Shown here one piece after another: positions 34,574 through 44,697 of a stretch of DNA of 64,000 nucleotides. Position 1 is the stretch's first letter. Every line of letters starts with the position of its first letter. This stretch comes from a virus. The position numbers and the translations under genes are program-made. A model generated the notes under the pieces. That model ran no database searches and had not been told where the DNA came from. It saw nothing but the letters and a program-made list of their open reading frames with translations. The DNA lies in IMG/VR virus record IMGVR_UViG_3300042402_007915, positions 32,001-96,000 of that record. One strand, 5' to 3'.

Positions 34574-37500
34574 TGGCTCTCAGCCCCAACCAGCTCCCCT
34601 ACGTTGTTGATGTATTCACACCGGTAGGAGAAGAGGACCTTTACAGTCGCAAGGACGTCTTCATCATTAATGACATTGGCTTGATCATCCCGCCAATGGC
34701 TATCTCTATCCAGAAGGAAGATCTTTCCTACACCTGGAAAATGCTGCGTTCTGCTACTACTACCAAGCTCCCCACTGGGCATGGAGCTATTCGTATTGGT
34801 ATCACGATTCCTTTTTTGAACAATCACATCTTGGACTTTCACCGACTTCTTGTTCAGATTCGGCATAACCCTTTTGTTTATATCGAAAACAGGTATCTGA
34901 GAGAGTCAATCATTCCCGAAGCCCCAAGTTCACAGAACATGGCCTTTGGCGTGGACTCTGTTAACATTGCAAGCATGAACGGAACTGCTGACGCTTGGGT
35001 TCTGCAGCTAAACCTAAGTTGGTTTAACTACGCACCCTTTGGACCGAACTTCCTATTCAGGCGAGAGTGGGAAACAGTAGACGTAAATGAAATGAACTTT
35101 GCAAGCTCCTCAGACCCTAACGGGGAAGAGGTTCCGGTAATCGTTCGTAAGAGTATTGGGTGGCATCTCCCTGACGAGTACGGCAGGAGAACCCCGCGGC
35201 CCTGTATTACTTCAATGCGTTATCTTAGGGATGATAGCTTTGGTACAAGCGACTCTGAGACAGGAGAGTCAACTCCAGTAAACGACTTCGACACCACAAT
35301 CCCTAGTCCGATGACTTTGATTGATATGGAGTATGTTCACAAGGGTTTCGAGTGGGACTTGCTGCCTAAGATTTCAATGATGAGTAGGTCAGCGCCTTCT
35401 GTCTTCCCTGCTTCCTCAAGGATCTACACACGGTTCTATAACTACCTGCAGAGAGACGCACTAAAGGAAAACTTTGGCATTGACCTTGAGGGAATGCTTA
35501 GGGACCAAGGCGGCAATGTGGATGGCTACTTTGGTGTTTGGGATCCAACCAGAGCTGACCGTCTCGAAACGTGGTCTCTGCATAATGGTCCAAGAATGCT
35601 AGGGGCCTCAGAAGAGGAGCGCAAGCGCGAGATCGCTATATGGGCTTCTGTAATGTCATCCGTCCGAAGCGCCATGTTTGATATGAACGGACCTCTTGTG
35701 GTTGGCTTCCATTTGTACAAAGAAGTACGAATGCCAGCAGAGTGGGCCAAGGCTCTTGGCGATATGATTCGGGTAAAGAACACAGCGTCCCAGATGGCCT
35801 TGGATGAGAAGATCAACAACCCACTCAGCCCTGAACATCAGATGGATTCAATTACCTACCAAGACCCAAGTACTGGGAACTGGTACGTCATGGAGAAGAA
35901 GTACGAGGGTGGCCCTCTTAGTTGGAAGCCAAAGCTCTTCTCTCAGACTCCAGGGAACCTCCAGGGCCTTTCAACACCCATTGGCGTAGGCGGACGTAAG
36001 GCTACGTTTGCCGAGGTCTCAGCCGTCTCTGGACAGGGCATAGCGACTCGAAACTTTCCTGTTGCAGGTTCAGGCAGGACACTCAAGTCTGGTGAGCTTA
36101 GGGCACACTTGGGCTTGGACTTGTCTCCGCTGAGCAAGAGTGAAAGCACTTACGTCTATCCGGTTAAGGATGGCACCGTACTTAAAACCACTCAATACGA
36201 AGCTCTTAAGGGTACTTGGTATTGGACTTCAGATAGTGGAGTCACTGAGCCCGTTAGTGCTAAGCATTTAAGTCGTCTTAAAGTCGTGTTTAAGACTTAT
36301 AGCGGCTTCTTCTTTGGAGAGGGTGTAAGCCCTGAGTTGTACCTTCTTGGAATTGGTGACAACTTTGTTGGTGCCCAAAGTTACCTCGAGAAAGGAAGGG
36401 TTGGCTCGGTTTACCGCTGCGACTATGTTGGTACTGGGTGGGAAGAGTCTGGTTGGTTTTGGATTAACGGACCTTCTTCTGGTAACACAATTACCATTCA
36501 GCATGGAGATGGAAGCGTCTCTCGGTACATGCACCTTGAATCAATTACCAAGGGGCTGAGGGCCGGAGTGCCTGTTAGTGTTAACACCGTTATCGGTGTG
36601 ATGGGGCAAAGTGGAACCTATGCTTCTAACAAAGTTGCAGACTTCCTAACGACGAATGGCACAAGTGAGATTCGGTCTCTTGGGGCGGCAAACGAAAACT
36701 TAGCGTCTTTTGGGATTCATCTTCACCTTGAGTACGAAGAGCCTTTCAGGAACTCCCTCTGTGTTCCTTCAAGGGTCTTCACTTATGAAGGTGAAGTGGT
36801 TGATCCGGGCAAGACCCCTTCAACTGTTCTAGTTAACCTAAAGCAGATCTACAAGCATTTTGAAGATAGGCAGGCTGTTACTATTCCGGAGGACTACGTA
36901 GCTCCCGAGTACAAAGAATACATCGCGGAAGCGACGACAAAGGCCATCTTGTCTGAAGACTCAACAAAGCCTAAAACGCAGACAGAAGAAGAACAGCTTC
37001 AGTCCGTGGCCCAAGAGCTTGAGGACTTGGTGGAAGACGGATGGGCTAACTACGGCGGGTCTGGTGGTTTGGGTAACGTCTATGAAAAGGCGGTCTTCTT
37101 TAATTTCCGTACCGACCAAGCAAGTGCTATCAAGCTTCCGGAGAACCTAGTTTACACCTTCCAAGACACGTTCCTTACGGGTGTTAGTGCTTCTTACGGA
37201 GCCATTCTCTCAAGGATCCCTCTGCTTGGGCACGAGTACCCAACGCTTCAGCACCTAGGTTCAAACGAACCGTCTTATTCTTTTGAGTTTGCAGCTTTGG
37301 ATACCGAAGAGACTCTGGACGGAGTAAGCTCTGGAGTTAGAAACCTTGAGTCAATGAGGGCAAGGCTTCAGAAGAATGCGCGACTCTTTAGAGAGGTTCC
37401 CAATAGCTGGTCCTGTCTCATGGATACATTTCTCACTCGCCTAATGGGTAGCTACAAGGAGACAGACGTTGTCGTAGATAGTCCAGGAGAAGGACTGCCT

Positions 37501-40500
37501 TCTCGCTTGATGATGAAGAAGAGAATGAACCTCAGCCGTACCGAGGTCGGAACTATCCAAGGAAACCCCGGCGCCTCTTTCTATACGGTAGAGGCAGAAG
37601 AGACAAACGTCTTTGAGACAGAAATCCTAAAGAACACTAACAGTCAGTTCACGACAATTGAGAATGCAAGGCAAACGGTACTTCATAAGCTCCTTAATCT
37701 TGAAGTAAAAGATGTGGAGAATGAAGCTCTTACACTGGCTATCGCTAAAGCATTAGCACCACAGGCCCTTGATCCTGCAAACCCAATGTATGGGATTATC
37801 GATTTAAGCAACCAATCTCTCCTGAACTCTGACCTGTATCTTCCAGGGCCAGAAGACAGTAGCTCCAAGCCAGACAACGGTAGTCTTGAGAATCTGGTTA
37901 GCTTTTTGATGGCAGAGCGAGCCAGCGGAGAAGTGTATAGCGTTCTAGAAGAAACAGAGCTAGGCGGCTTGCTGGGAGAGTTCCCCAAACAACCATTCGC
38001 AAAGGCTGAAGAGCAGTATAGTGCTGACAAAAACAAGAGCGGAATCGTAGTAGATTTGACGAAGCTTACAGGCGTGACTCTTAACGATAGCTTCTTAGAC
38101 ATCAAGGAACTGCTTGCTAACAACGGGGGTCCCGAGGGGGCAGCCGCTTTCCTGCAGATGATGGACCTCCATTTCCTCCTCAAGGCTCTCATTGAAAAGA
38201 GTTGCATTGTACTTGCAGAAGACAAGTCTAGAGCAAGCGGTACCTATCCAGACGGCGGTTTCACTGTTGAGGAGGCCAGAAGTGAGCTCTACCAAATGCC
38301 TATCACTCCAAGCATGTGGAGCCTGTTTACTGAATACGAAAGGGTCTGTGCACAAAGGTTCTCTCTTGATGTAAACGGCTTTGATGTCCTGGAGGGAAAC
38401 TCAGAGGGCGCAATCGCAACGCTAGAAAGCAATGCTAACTGGAATACCTTTGAGCCGGTAAAGGACGGAAGCGAAGCCTACGTCAACAAGCTTACTATCG
38501 AAGCTAGAAAGGCTGGTCTAAGTGTGACCAATCTTCACTTGGCCTTTGACACTGTAGAGATCCTAACCTCTTCTGCCGTAGAAGGAGCTGCTGATACTGC
38601 ACTCGGGTTTGCAAGCTACATTCCAGGCGCAAGCCTCGCTATCGACCGCAATGGAGAGTCTGAAGGTCTTCTCGGAACTCGTATGTTTGACGCAAGTGTA
38701 AAGAACGCACTTAGTGAAGCTCATGAGTTTTTGGTTGAGGGATACATTAACAGCATCTTCAAGTCTGCTATCGGTTTGACGGAGACCGCAAAGGCTTACG
38801 GCCAAGAGTTTATCTTTAGGCCTCTCCAAGCACTTGTTACTTCTTCGAGCACTGGATATTCGCCACTCGACAACCCTATCGGAGCATTCACCAAGCACGT
38901 CGAATCTTCAGGTTATTGGGGCTATGGTTTTCACCACTTCCTTGGTTTAGGGCCAAACACTGGCGGTCTCACTTTCTGGGCGGCAAACCCAGAGGACTAT
39001 GTCATCGTTTACGACAAGAGCTACGAAGCTGGTAGGGCGCAAGTAACTAAGCAAATCTACGAAGGTGTTAACGGTAGCATGGCCACAAATGCTTTTGCCG
39101 CAATTGCTTCTCTTGCCAATGGTTCTCTACAGCCTTTTGATAACTCTAACATCACACAGTGGAACTCTCCTTTGGAGTGGAAGGTTACACGGCCAGAAGA
39201 GAAGGACAAGGTTGACCAGCTCAAGAGAGAGTTCTCCTCTCTCGCGGACAACATCCTAAACAACTACAACCTGCTCAAGTTATTTGGTTTGGAGAAGTAC
39301 ACCAATGTCCTAAACAACGAACAGTACCTCGAAGGAACAGAGGCGTATCCAGACCTTAAGCTGCCAGCCCATCCTTTCTACGGAACGGTGAAAGATACCG
39401 GGCCCGACTTCTATTACTGGAACGTATACGAAGACGGACAGATGCTTGACGCACAGGTTGTAAAGAGTGTTGAAGCTTCGATGGATGAGGTCGTTAAGAA
39501 TGCGTATCAGAGCATGCGACGGTTCCAGTCGGGTGAAAAATACAACCCGGTTAAAGACCCAAGTACCAACTACTCCAAAGACGTAGCACAGGCTGCTCAA
39601 GGGGTCATTCTGTTTAACGCAGAAGCTACTGACGGGAACAGCAACAACCCTGCAAATAAGGGTCGTACTTCTATCAGCTTCTACGAATACGAAAAGACTG
39701 AACAGATTGCAGAGTTTGAGAATGCCCTCACTGGAGCAAACGGAAAAGAAATCCTGAAGAGGCATCCAAAGATTCCAAACCTGTTTGGTACTAGTGGCAT
39801 CTCAATCGGTAGCGAGTTCATGCCGGATAATTTTGCTCCCATTAAGCAGCAAGACCTGGAGAACCTAGAGAAGACTCTTGAGGAAACTCAGAGCATGTTT
39901 GGATCTCGAAGTGGATACCTGAAGGAGAAAGTGGGCAACCCTCTTACTCGAGGTCTTGAGGGAACCAACAGAGCCTCCACTCCAGACATCACCGGGCATA
40001 GCTGGACTATGGAATCGCTTCAGGGTCTTGCGAAGGAAAGCGCAAAAGACATCTTCTCCCAGAAGATGACCATGGCTAGAGCCTACCCAACCTTCAAGCT
40101 GTTCTTTGTAGAGGAAGATGAGATTGAAAACGCTCTGATTTCTCTAGACGACTTCCACTCGTACAACGGTGTGAAGGACTTCACCTTTGTAGAATCAAAG
40201 GATTCACCGGCCAGTGTAGCTGTCATTTCTCTCCAGAACGTCTCAGGAGTGCTTGACGGAACAAAGAGAAACGTCGTTACTGACTTGGACTACTTTGACC
40301 GGAAGATCACTAAGTCCCTTGAGAAGAACCAGTCGCACCTCCAAGGAGATGTGCTTACGGAAGGTACTGACTACGAACAGCCGTTTGGCTCTGTCGTTCT
40401 ACGTCCAGGCCTAAACGTACAGCTTAGAGTTGGCTATTCAAATGACCCCAAGAACCTCTCGGTCCTCCTCTCAGGTCGTATTGTCGATATCTCTTGGAAC

Positions 40501-43479
40501 AAGAATAACGACCTTGCTGAAATTGTAGTCCAGTCCTTTGGAACAGAGTTGATTCAGCAAAAGAAGGAAGACACCGAAGTCCATTACACGACTCACCACC
40601 TACTCTCGCATCTTATGCTGTCTCCAGAGTTAGTTCACTTTGGTCGGTGGGAGATTGGAAAGCTCTTCCAGACTGGCGAAAGCAAAGACGCGCGTATGGA
40701 CTTTACGAACTACGCCCGTGAGGGTTTGGCTGGTAAGTTTGCGTTCACTACTTGGACTAATGAGTTTCTTGCCAACAATACCTACATCCTTGTCGCTCTC
40801 GGTATGGCTTCTGCTGTAGCGTCATTCTTCCCTGCCGGTAAGCTCCTTGGAAAAGCAGGGGCGGCTGGAGCCGCTGCTGCAAGCGGAGCCGCAAACGCCT
40901 CTAAGGTTGGTAGGATGACAAGCTGGGTCAAAGAATTGCTCTTGAAGGCAGCAGACACCCTTCCAGCAAGCAAGAGTGCCAGCCTTGCTAGACTGTTCAT
41001 CACACCAAGCAAAGAGTTCAGACTAACACAGCTTATCGAAAAAGAGGCGGCAAAGGTTGCAGCAACTTCAGGACGGGGACTCGCACCAAGCATTCAAAAT
41101 CTAATCGCCCAAGGGAATATAAAGTTGGTCGAAAAGCTTTTGATGAAAGCGGTGAAAGAAGACACCGTTTACCTCAGAAGCTTGATTAAAGCGCTCAACA
41201 ACAAAGAGGCAAACGATGCTGTCGCCAGGGCCTATGCTAACTACTTTAGCGCAAGAAGCGCAGCAGTAACTGCTGGCTCTATCGATAACGCGATTGCAGC
41301 AGGAGTTCAGTTCAGGTCTGAGCTTCAGTACATCTACGGAAGCATGAAGGTTCTAGATGCACCTGCGCTCTCTATCAAAGAGGTTGGCAAGGTAATCTGG
41401 TCGAACAAAATGGGGGCGCTAAAGGCGGGAGGATTCTTTGCGGCTCGGACTGTAGGAGGAGGTCTAACGGCAGGTAGTGTTCTTGCTGCGGGTGCCGTGG
41501 GAGGTGACTTCCTTGCTATGACAGACACGGCCAAACGAATCCGAGACCAGTACCTCTACTATCTATCAAGGTTCCTAGCCGCAACTGAAGTGTCTCTGAT
41601 GGTTTCGCCTCAGGACGACAACATCTTTGCACCTCATCCGAAAGACTACATGGACCTTAAGATCGGAGGCATCCTTGAAGGCTTAAGCCGTACTGTCACC
41701 TATGCGAGCGCCTCTATCCTTCTCCAGGACAACGTAATCGCTAATGACCTTGCCAACCTTGTAACCCTTAAGGGTTTGTTTGATAAGCGAGTCGACCCAC
41801 GCGCTTGTCAGTACTCACTAAACAAATCCACTATCTGGGAAGTGTTCCAAGAGATGAGCTACAGACACCCTGGTTGGGTTTATGGCGCTCGTCCTTATGG
41901 TACCGCCTTCAGGTATACCATGTTCTTCGGAGTGCCTTCACAGCGGTACTGGAGCCAGCCAGGGAGTGATAGCTTTATCACTCGCATGAACCAGCTAACT
42001 CGTGTCCTAGAGAAAGAGGGACCTGCTAAAGAGTCCAGGGTAACAGAGCAAGAGTACAGAGAGCTGTACGGAGACAACCTGCACGGAATGACGATTGCTG
42101 ATTGGTATGCCATGAACCCAGGTATCAACCTTGAAACTGAGTTCAAGGGCGTTGCCATGAAAGAGTATCTGAAGGGAATGGAGGCTAGATTCGTGCCCTT
42201 CAGAAGACATCACCACCTGTCTGCTCATACCGACATCGTCTGGAATGGTTTGCTTTCGTCGGAGAACGCTGCATCAAATGCAATCAACGTTCATTACTAC
42301 GAGACTGGAAGCAACCCAGAAATCGCTGGTAACCAAGTAGTAAAGGCGCACAGCTTCATCCCGCCACATATGACAAGAGTTCACGATATGCCAATCTATC
42401 GTAACTGCAAGTCGGACAGGATGGCTCGTAGATACGCGCTAGGTGGCTTGATGGAGCAAATGAAGAAAACGTACAGAGGTGAAATCCTTGTCGTAGGTAA
42501 CGCTCGTATCCGCCCTTGGGATATTGCTATCCTTTGTGATAGCTACAACGACATGTATGGTCCGATTGAGGTTGACCAAGTGGTGCATACATTCAGCTAC
42601 GAGACTGGATTCGTAACCGAAATTAAACCAGCAGCAGTCGTCATCGCAAATGAGATTTCTTCTTGGCCGCTTATCGAAGCCGCAAAGATTGCTTCTCTTG
42701 CAATTGAGGACATCACTCTTAAAGCAAACTCAACCCGTAGCTCCAAAGCTTTAGCTAACGCTAACGGACTGAGCGCTCTCACCAAGGGCACCTATGGTGT
42801 AGATGCAATGCTTTCACTTGCTCGTGACTTCTCGCAGGAAGAGATAGTTACTCTTAAGAGCCGCTGGCTTTCTCTCTCTAGGAACTCTAATAGCCTCTAC
42901 AACGCTCTCGAGGAAGACCCAGAACTTGCTTCTGCCTTGAGTGAGTTGGATCCTGGAATCGCTGCGGGCTATGAGACTGCACTGGCTAGCGCTTCAGTCG
43001 CAGTGGCTCTGACTGGTACTGCTCTCGGGCTTGGTACTTTGGCTTTGGCACAAAAGAGCGGAATAACAAGCCTTGGTTCAAAGAACTTAATCACGGGTGT
43101 TGCCGGTTTGGGTACTTTGGTTGCGTCCGGTGCGCTTTGGAGCGCTTCAAACATGACGCCTCCGTCCCTAATCAGCCTCCTGGGTGGTTCAATCCTCTTC
43201 CTGCAAACCATGAAGGAGGAGAGCATGATGCTAATTCCGCTGGTAAAGAGTGGCCGCCCTATTGTCTCCGGTTTGTCTCTCAAGGACCCATCTATCATGT
43301 GGAAGAACTTCAAGGGTAATATCACCAGAGAATTTGAAGATACTTTTGACGGCCTGCAAGACCTGCAAACCCTCTTTAACAAGTACCAAACTGGTGCCTG
43401 GGAGAAGATTGTAGAAGCCTCAGAAGAGGCCTCATACGACAGACTGAAGAGCAACAGGATTGATACCAGTACGCCCTAG
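34573..43479 (+). CDS. Giant baseplate hub/tail-lysin protein with M23 metallopeptidase domain
   Basis: 2968 aa; M23 motifs H512LGLD516, YMH654L and H716LH718; hub-like LRPGLNVQLRVGYS..LSGRIVDI and YRGEILVVGNARIRPWD..VDQVVHTFSYETGFVTEI. Confidence 0.8.
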   Translation: MALSPNQLPYVVDVFTPVGEEDLYSRKDVFIINDIGLIIPPMAISIQKEDLSYTWKMLRSATTTKLPTGHGAIRIGITIPFLNNHILDFHRLLVQIRHNPFVYIENRYLRESIIPEAPSSQNMAFGVDSVNIASMNGTADAWVLQLNLSWFNYAPFGPNFLFRREWETVDVNEMNFASSSDPNGEEVPVIVRKSIGWHLPDEYGRRTPRPCITSMRYLRDDSFGTSDSETGESTPVNDFDTTIPSPMTLIDMEYVHKGFEWDLLPKISMMSRSAPSVFPASSRIYTRFYNYLQRDALKENFGIDLEGMLRDQGGNVDGYFGVWDPTRADRLETWSLHNGPRMLGASEEERKREIAIWASVMSSVRSAMFDMNGPLVVGFHLYKEVRMPAEWAKALGDMIRVKNTASQMALDEKINNPLSPEHQMDSITYQDPSTGNWYVMEKKYEGGPLSWKPKLFSQTPGNLQGLSTPIGVGGRKATFAEVSAVSGQGIATRNFPVAGSGRTLKSGELRAHLGLDLSPLSKSESTYVYPVKDGTVLKTTQYEALKGTWYWTSDSGVTEPVSAKHLSRLKVVFKTYSGFFFGEGVSPELYLLGIGDNFVGAQSYLEKGRVGSVYRCDYVGTGWEESGWFWINGPSSGNTITIQHGDGSVSRYMHLESITKGLRAGVPVSVNTVIGVMGQSGTYASNKVADFLTTNGTSEIRSLGAANENLASFGIHLHLEYEEPFRNSLCVPSRVFTYEGEVVDPGKTPSTVLVNLKQIYKHFEDRQAVTIPEDYVAPEYKEYIAEATTKAILSEDSTKPKTQTEEEQLQSVAQELEDLVEDGWANYGGSGGLGNVYEKAVFFNFRTDQASAIKLPENLVYTFQDTFLTGVSASYGAILSRIPLLGHEYPTLQHLGSNEPSYSFEFAALDTEETLDGVSSGVRNLESMRARLQKNARLFREVPNSWSCLMDTFLTRLMGSYKETDVVVDSPGEGLPSRLMMKKRMNLSRTEVGTIQGNPGASFYTVEAEETNVFETEILKNTNSQFTTIENARQTVLHKLLNLEVKDVENEALTLAIAKALAPQALDPANPMYGIIDLSNQSLLNSDLYLPGPEDSSSKPDNGSLENLVSFLMAERASGEVYSVLEETELGGLLGEFPKQPFAKAEEQYSADKNKSGIVVDLTKLTGVTLNDSFLDIKELLANNGGPEGAAAFLQMMDLHFLLKALIEKSCIVLAEDKSRASGTYPDGGFTVEEARSELYQMPITPSMWSLFTEYERVCAQRFSLDVNGFDVLEGNSEGAIATLESNANWNTFEPVKDGSEAYVNKLTIEARKAGLSVTNLHLAFDTVEILTSSAVEGAADTALGFASYIPGASLAIDRNGESEGLLGTRMFDASVKNALSEAHEFLVEGYINSIFKSAIGLTETAKAYGQEFIFRPLQALVTSSSTGYSPLDNPIGAFTKHVESSGYWGYGFHHFLGLGPNTGGLTFWAANPEDYVIVYDKSYEAGRAQVTKQIYEGVNGSMATNAFAAIASLANGSLQPFDNSNITQWNSPLEWKVTRPEEKDKVDQLKREFSSLADNILNNYNLLKLFGLEKYTNVLNNEQYLEGTEAYPDLKLPAHPFYGTVKDTGPDFYYWNVYEDGQMLDAQVVKSVEASMDEVVKNAYQSMRRFQSGEKYNPVKDPSTNYSKDVAQAAQGVILFNAEATDGNSNNPANKGRTSISFYEYEKTEQIAEFENALTGANGKEILKRHPKIPNLFGTSGISIGSEFMPDNFAPIKQQDLENLEKTLEETQSMFGSRSGYLKEKVGNPLTRGLEGTNRASTPDITGHSWTMESLQGLAKESAKDIFSQKMTMARAYPTFKLFFVEEDEIENALISLDDFHSYNGVKDFTFVESKDSPASVAVISLQNVSGVLDGTKRNVVTDLDYFDRKITKSLEKNQSHLQGDVLTEGTDYEQPFGSVVLRPGLNVQLRVGYSNDPKNLSVLLSGRIVDISWNKNNDLAEIVVQSFGTELIQQKKEDTEVHYTTHHLLSHLMLSPELVHFGRWEIGKLFQTGESKDARMDFTNYAREGLAGKFAFTTWTNEFLANNTYILVALGMASAVASFFPAGKLLGKAGAAGAAAASGAANASKVGRMTSWVKELLLKAADTLPASKSASLARLFITPSKEFRLTQLIEKEAAKVAATSGRGLAPSIQNLIAQGNIKLVEKLLMKAVKEDTVYLRSLIKALNNKEANDAVARAYANYFSARSAAVTAGSIDNAIAAGVQFRSELQYIYGSMKVLDAPALSIKEVGKVIWSNKMGALKAGGFFAARTVGGGLTAGSVLAAGAVGGDFLAMTDTAKRIRDQYLYYLSRFLAATEVSLMVSPQDDNIFAPHPKDYMDLKIGGILEGLSRTVTYASASILLQDNVIANDLANLVTLKGLFDKRVDPRACQYSLNKSTIWEVFQEMSYRHPGWVYGARPYGTAFRYTMFFGVPSQRYWSQPGSDSFITRMNQLTRVLEKEGPAKESRVTEQEYRELYGDNLHGMTIADWYAMNPGINLETEFKGVAMKEYLKGMEARFVPFRRHHHLSAHTDIVWNGLLSSENAASNAINVHYYETGSNPEIAGNQVVKAHSFIPPHMTRVHDMPIYRNCKSDRMARRYALGGLMEQMKKTYRGEILVVGNARIRPWDIAILCDSYNDMYGPIEVDQVVHTFSYETGFVTEIKPAAVVIANEISSWPLIEAAKIASLAIEDITLKANSTRSSKALANANGLSALTKGTYGVDAMLSLARDFSQEEIVTLKSRWLSLSRNSNSLYNALEEDPELASALSELDPGIAAGYETALASASVAVALTGTALGLGTLALAQKSGITSLGSKNLITGVAGLGTLVASGALWSASNMTPPSLISLLGGSILFLQTMKEESMMLIPLVKSGRPIVSGLSLKDPSIMWKNFKGNITREFEDTFDGLQDLQTLFNKYQTGAWEKIVEASEEASYDRLKSNRIDTSTP

Positions 43480-43482
43480 GAG

Positions 43483-43908
43483 ATGAAAATGCCAATTCCA
43501 GGAGGAGCCCTCCAACGAAGAATGGCATCGCTAACATCGGAAAGCCTAAGAGAAAGCCCCTCTGGCCTGCAAGCGGTCAGGGGGGTAGTCTCTAATGCCT
43601 ACTGCATTACCGATGTGTCGATCCCAGATGACATCAAATTCAAACTGGAAGAAAATCCAGGTTTAATCTATCTAGAAGTTATGCTTTTGGATAAAAGGAT
43701 TTACTACCTACCTGCGGATATAAGCCTAGACGAAAAAGAATTGATCTATGGTAACACTGAAAACATTCGGTATAGACCTGTAGAGATTCGTTTTGCTGGG
43801 AACAGCATTGAGCTTGGAAAGGTGTATTTCTTAGCAGACCCACTTAATACTCGGATTCCAGATGAACAGATGCCAAAACCTTTTGACGTCTGCAAGGGGT
43901 TAATTTAA
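43483..43908 (+). CDS. Putative baseplate spike N-terminal (OB-fold-like) protein
   Basis: Directly after the hub; VRGVV..YLEVML..YRPVEIRFAGNSIELG pattern resembles gpV/gp5 N-terminal domains; AGGAG SD. Confidence 0.45.
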   Translation: MKMPIPGGALQRRMASLTSESLRESPSGLQAVRGVVSNAYCITDVSIPDDIKFKLEENPGLIYLEVMLLDKRIYYLPADISLDEKELIYGNTENIRYRPVEIRFAGNSIELGKVYFLADPLNTRIPDEQMPKPFDVCKGLI

Positions 43909-44270
43909 TGAGACCAGCCAAAATCTTTCGACTTAATCTTTGGGACTTGGGAGAAGACGTTTCGGCGGCCATTACTCTTCTAGGGGCACCTGGAGAGATC
44001 CGCATTCAAGCCAACCAAGAGAGCTTCATGAACGTACGTCCTGACGGCCTCTCTCTTTCTCCAGGTAGAGGCAACAAGATCTCCATTCAGGGGTTACCTG
44101 CGACAATGAGATACGCAGGTATGATCCAAGCAGTACCGTTCCCGCTTTCGTTGATTCCAAGTACTGCAATCACTCCAATTCCTCAACATGTTATTGTACC
44201 GCCATTTAAGAGACTTGTTCCCTTGCTCACAAAGTTTGCAAATATCGCAAGCAAGATGGCTGGAGGCTAA
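43908..44270 (+). CDS. Putative spike-associated small protein
   Basis: 120 aa with short repeated beta strands (EIRIQA, FMNVRPDGLSLS, KISIQG); TAATG coupling. Confidence 0.45.
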   Translation: MRPAKIFRLNLWDLGEDVSAAITLLGAPGEIRIQANQESFMNVRPDGLSLSPGRGNKISIQGLPATMRYAGMIQAVPFPLSLIPSTAITPIPQHVIVPPFKRLVPLLTKFANIASKMAGG

Positions 44271-44271
44271 G

Positions 44272-44697
44272 ATGAGAGTTAGTCCCAAGAGCTTAGACTT
44301 GGCCTGGAGTGAAGAAGGGGACTTCTTGATTCGTGACGCTAGAGTGTATGACACGAAGAATGAGGCGGCCCTTTCGTTCATTCAGGCTCTTCGTGACAGA
44401 CTTGGGATTGAGCGTGGTTCTTGGAAGCTCTTTCCAGAAGCAGGCATCTCGATCAATAGCATTCTCGGCCGTGGCGTAAACAGAAACGCAGGAACCCTTG
44501 TCGAACAAGCCATTGCCGATGCGCTCACCTCTGGTGGGTTCTTGAACGTGAATGAATTTAGTGTCACTTCATACCCTGCAGATAAATCTACAATTGGCGT
44601 AAGGCTAAGAATTCAAACTAAAGATCTCCCCAAAGGCGTTGTCTTTGTTATAAGCTATGATACGCGAAACAACAGAGTTTCGCTTAGGAAGGTCTGA
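44272..44697 (+). CDS. Baseplate wedge/sheath initiator (gp25/GPW-like)
   Basis: DLAWSEEGDF..IQALRDRL..GSWKLFPEAG pattern; lies upstream of baseplate J; ATG at 44272 with GGAGG SD. Confidence 0.75.
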   Translation: MRVSPKSLDLAWSEEGDFLIRDARVYDTKNEAALSFIQALRDRLGIERGSWKLFPEAGISINSILGRGVNRNAGTLVEQAIADALTSGGFLNVNEFSVTSYPADKSTIGVRLRIQTKDLPKGVVFVISYDTRNNRVSLRKV

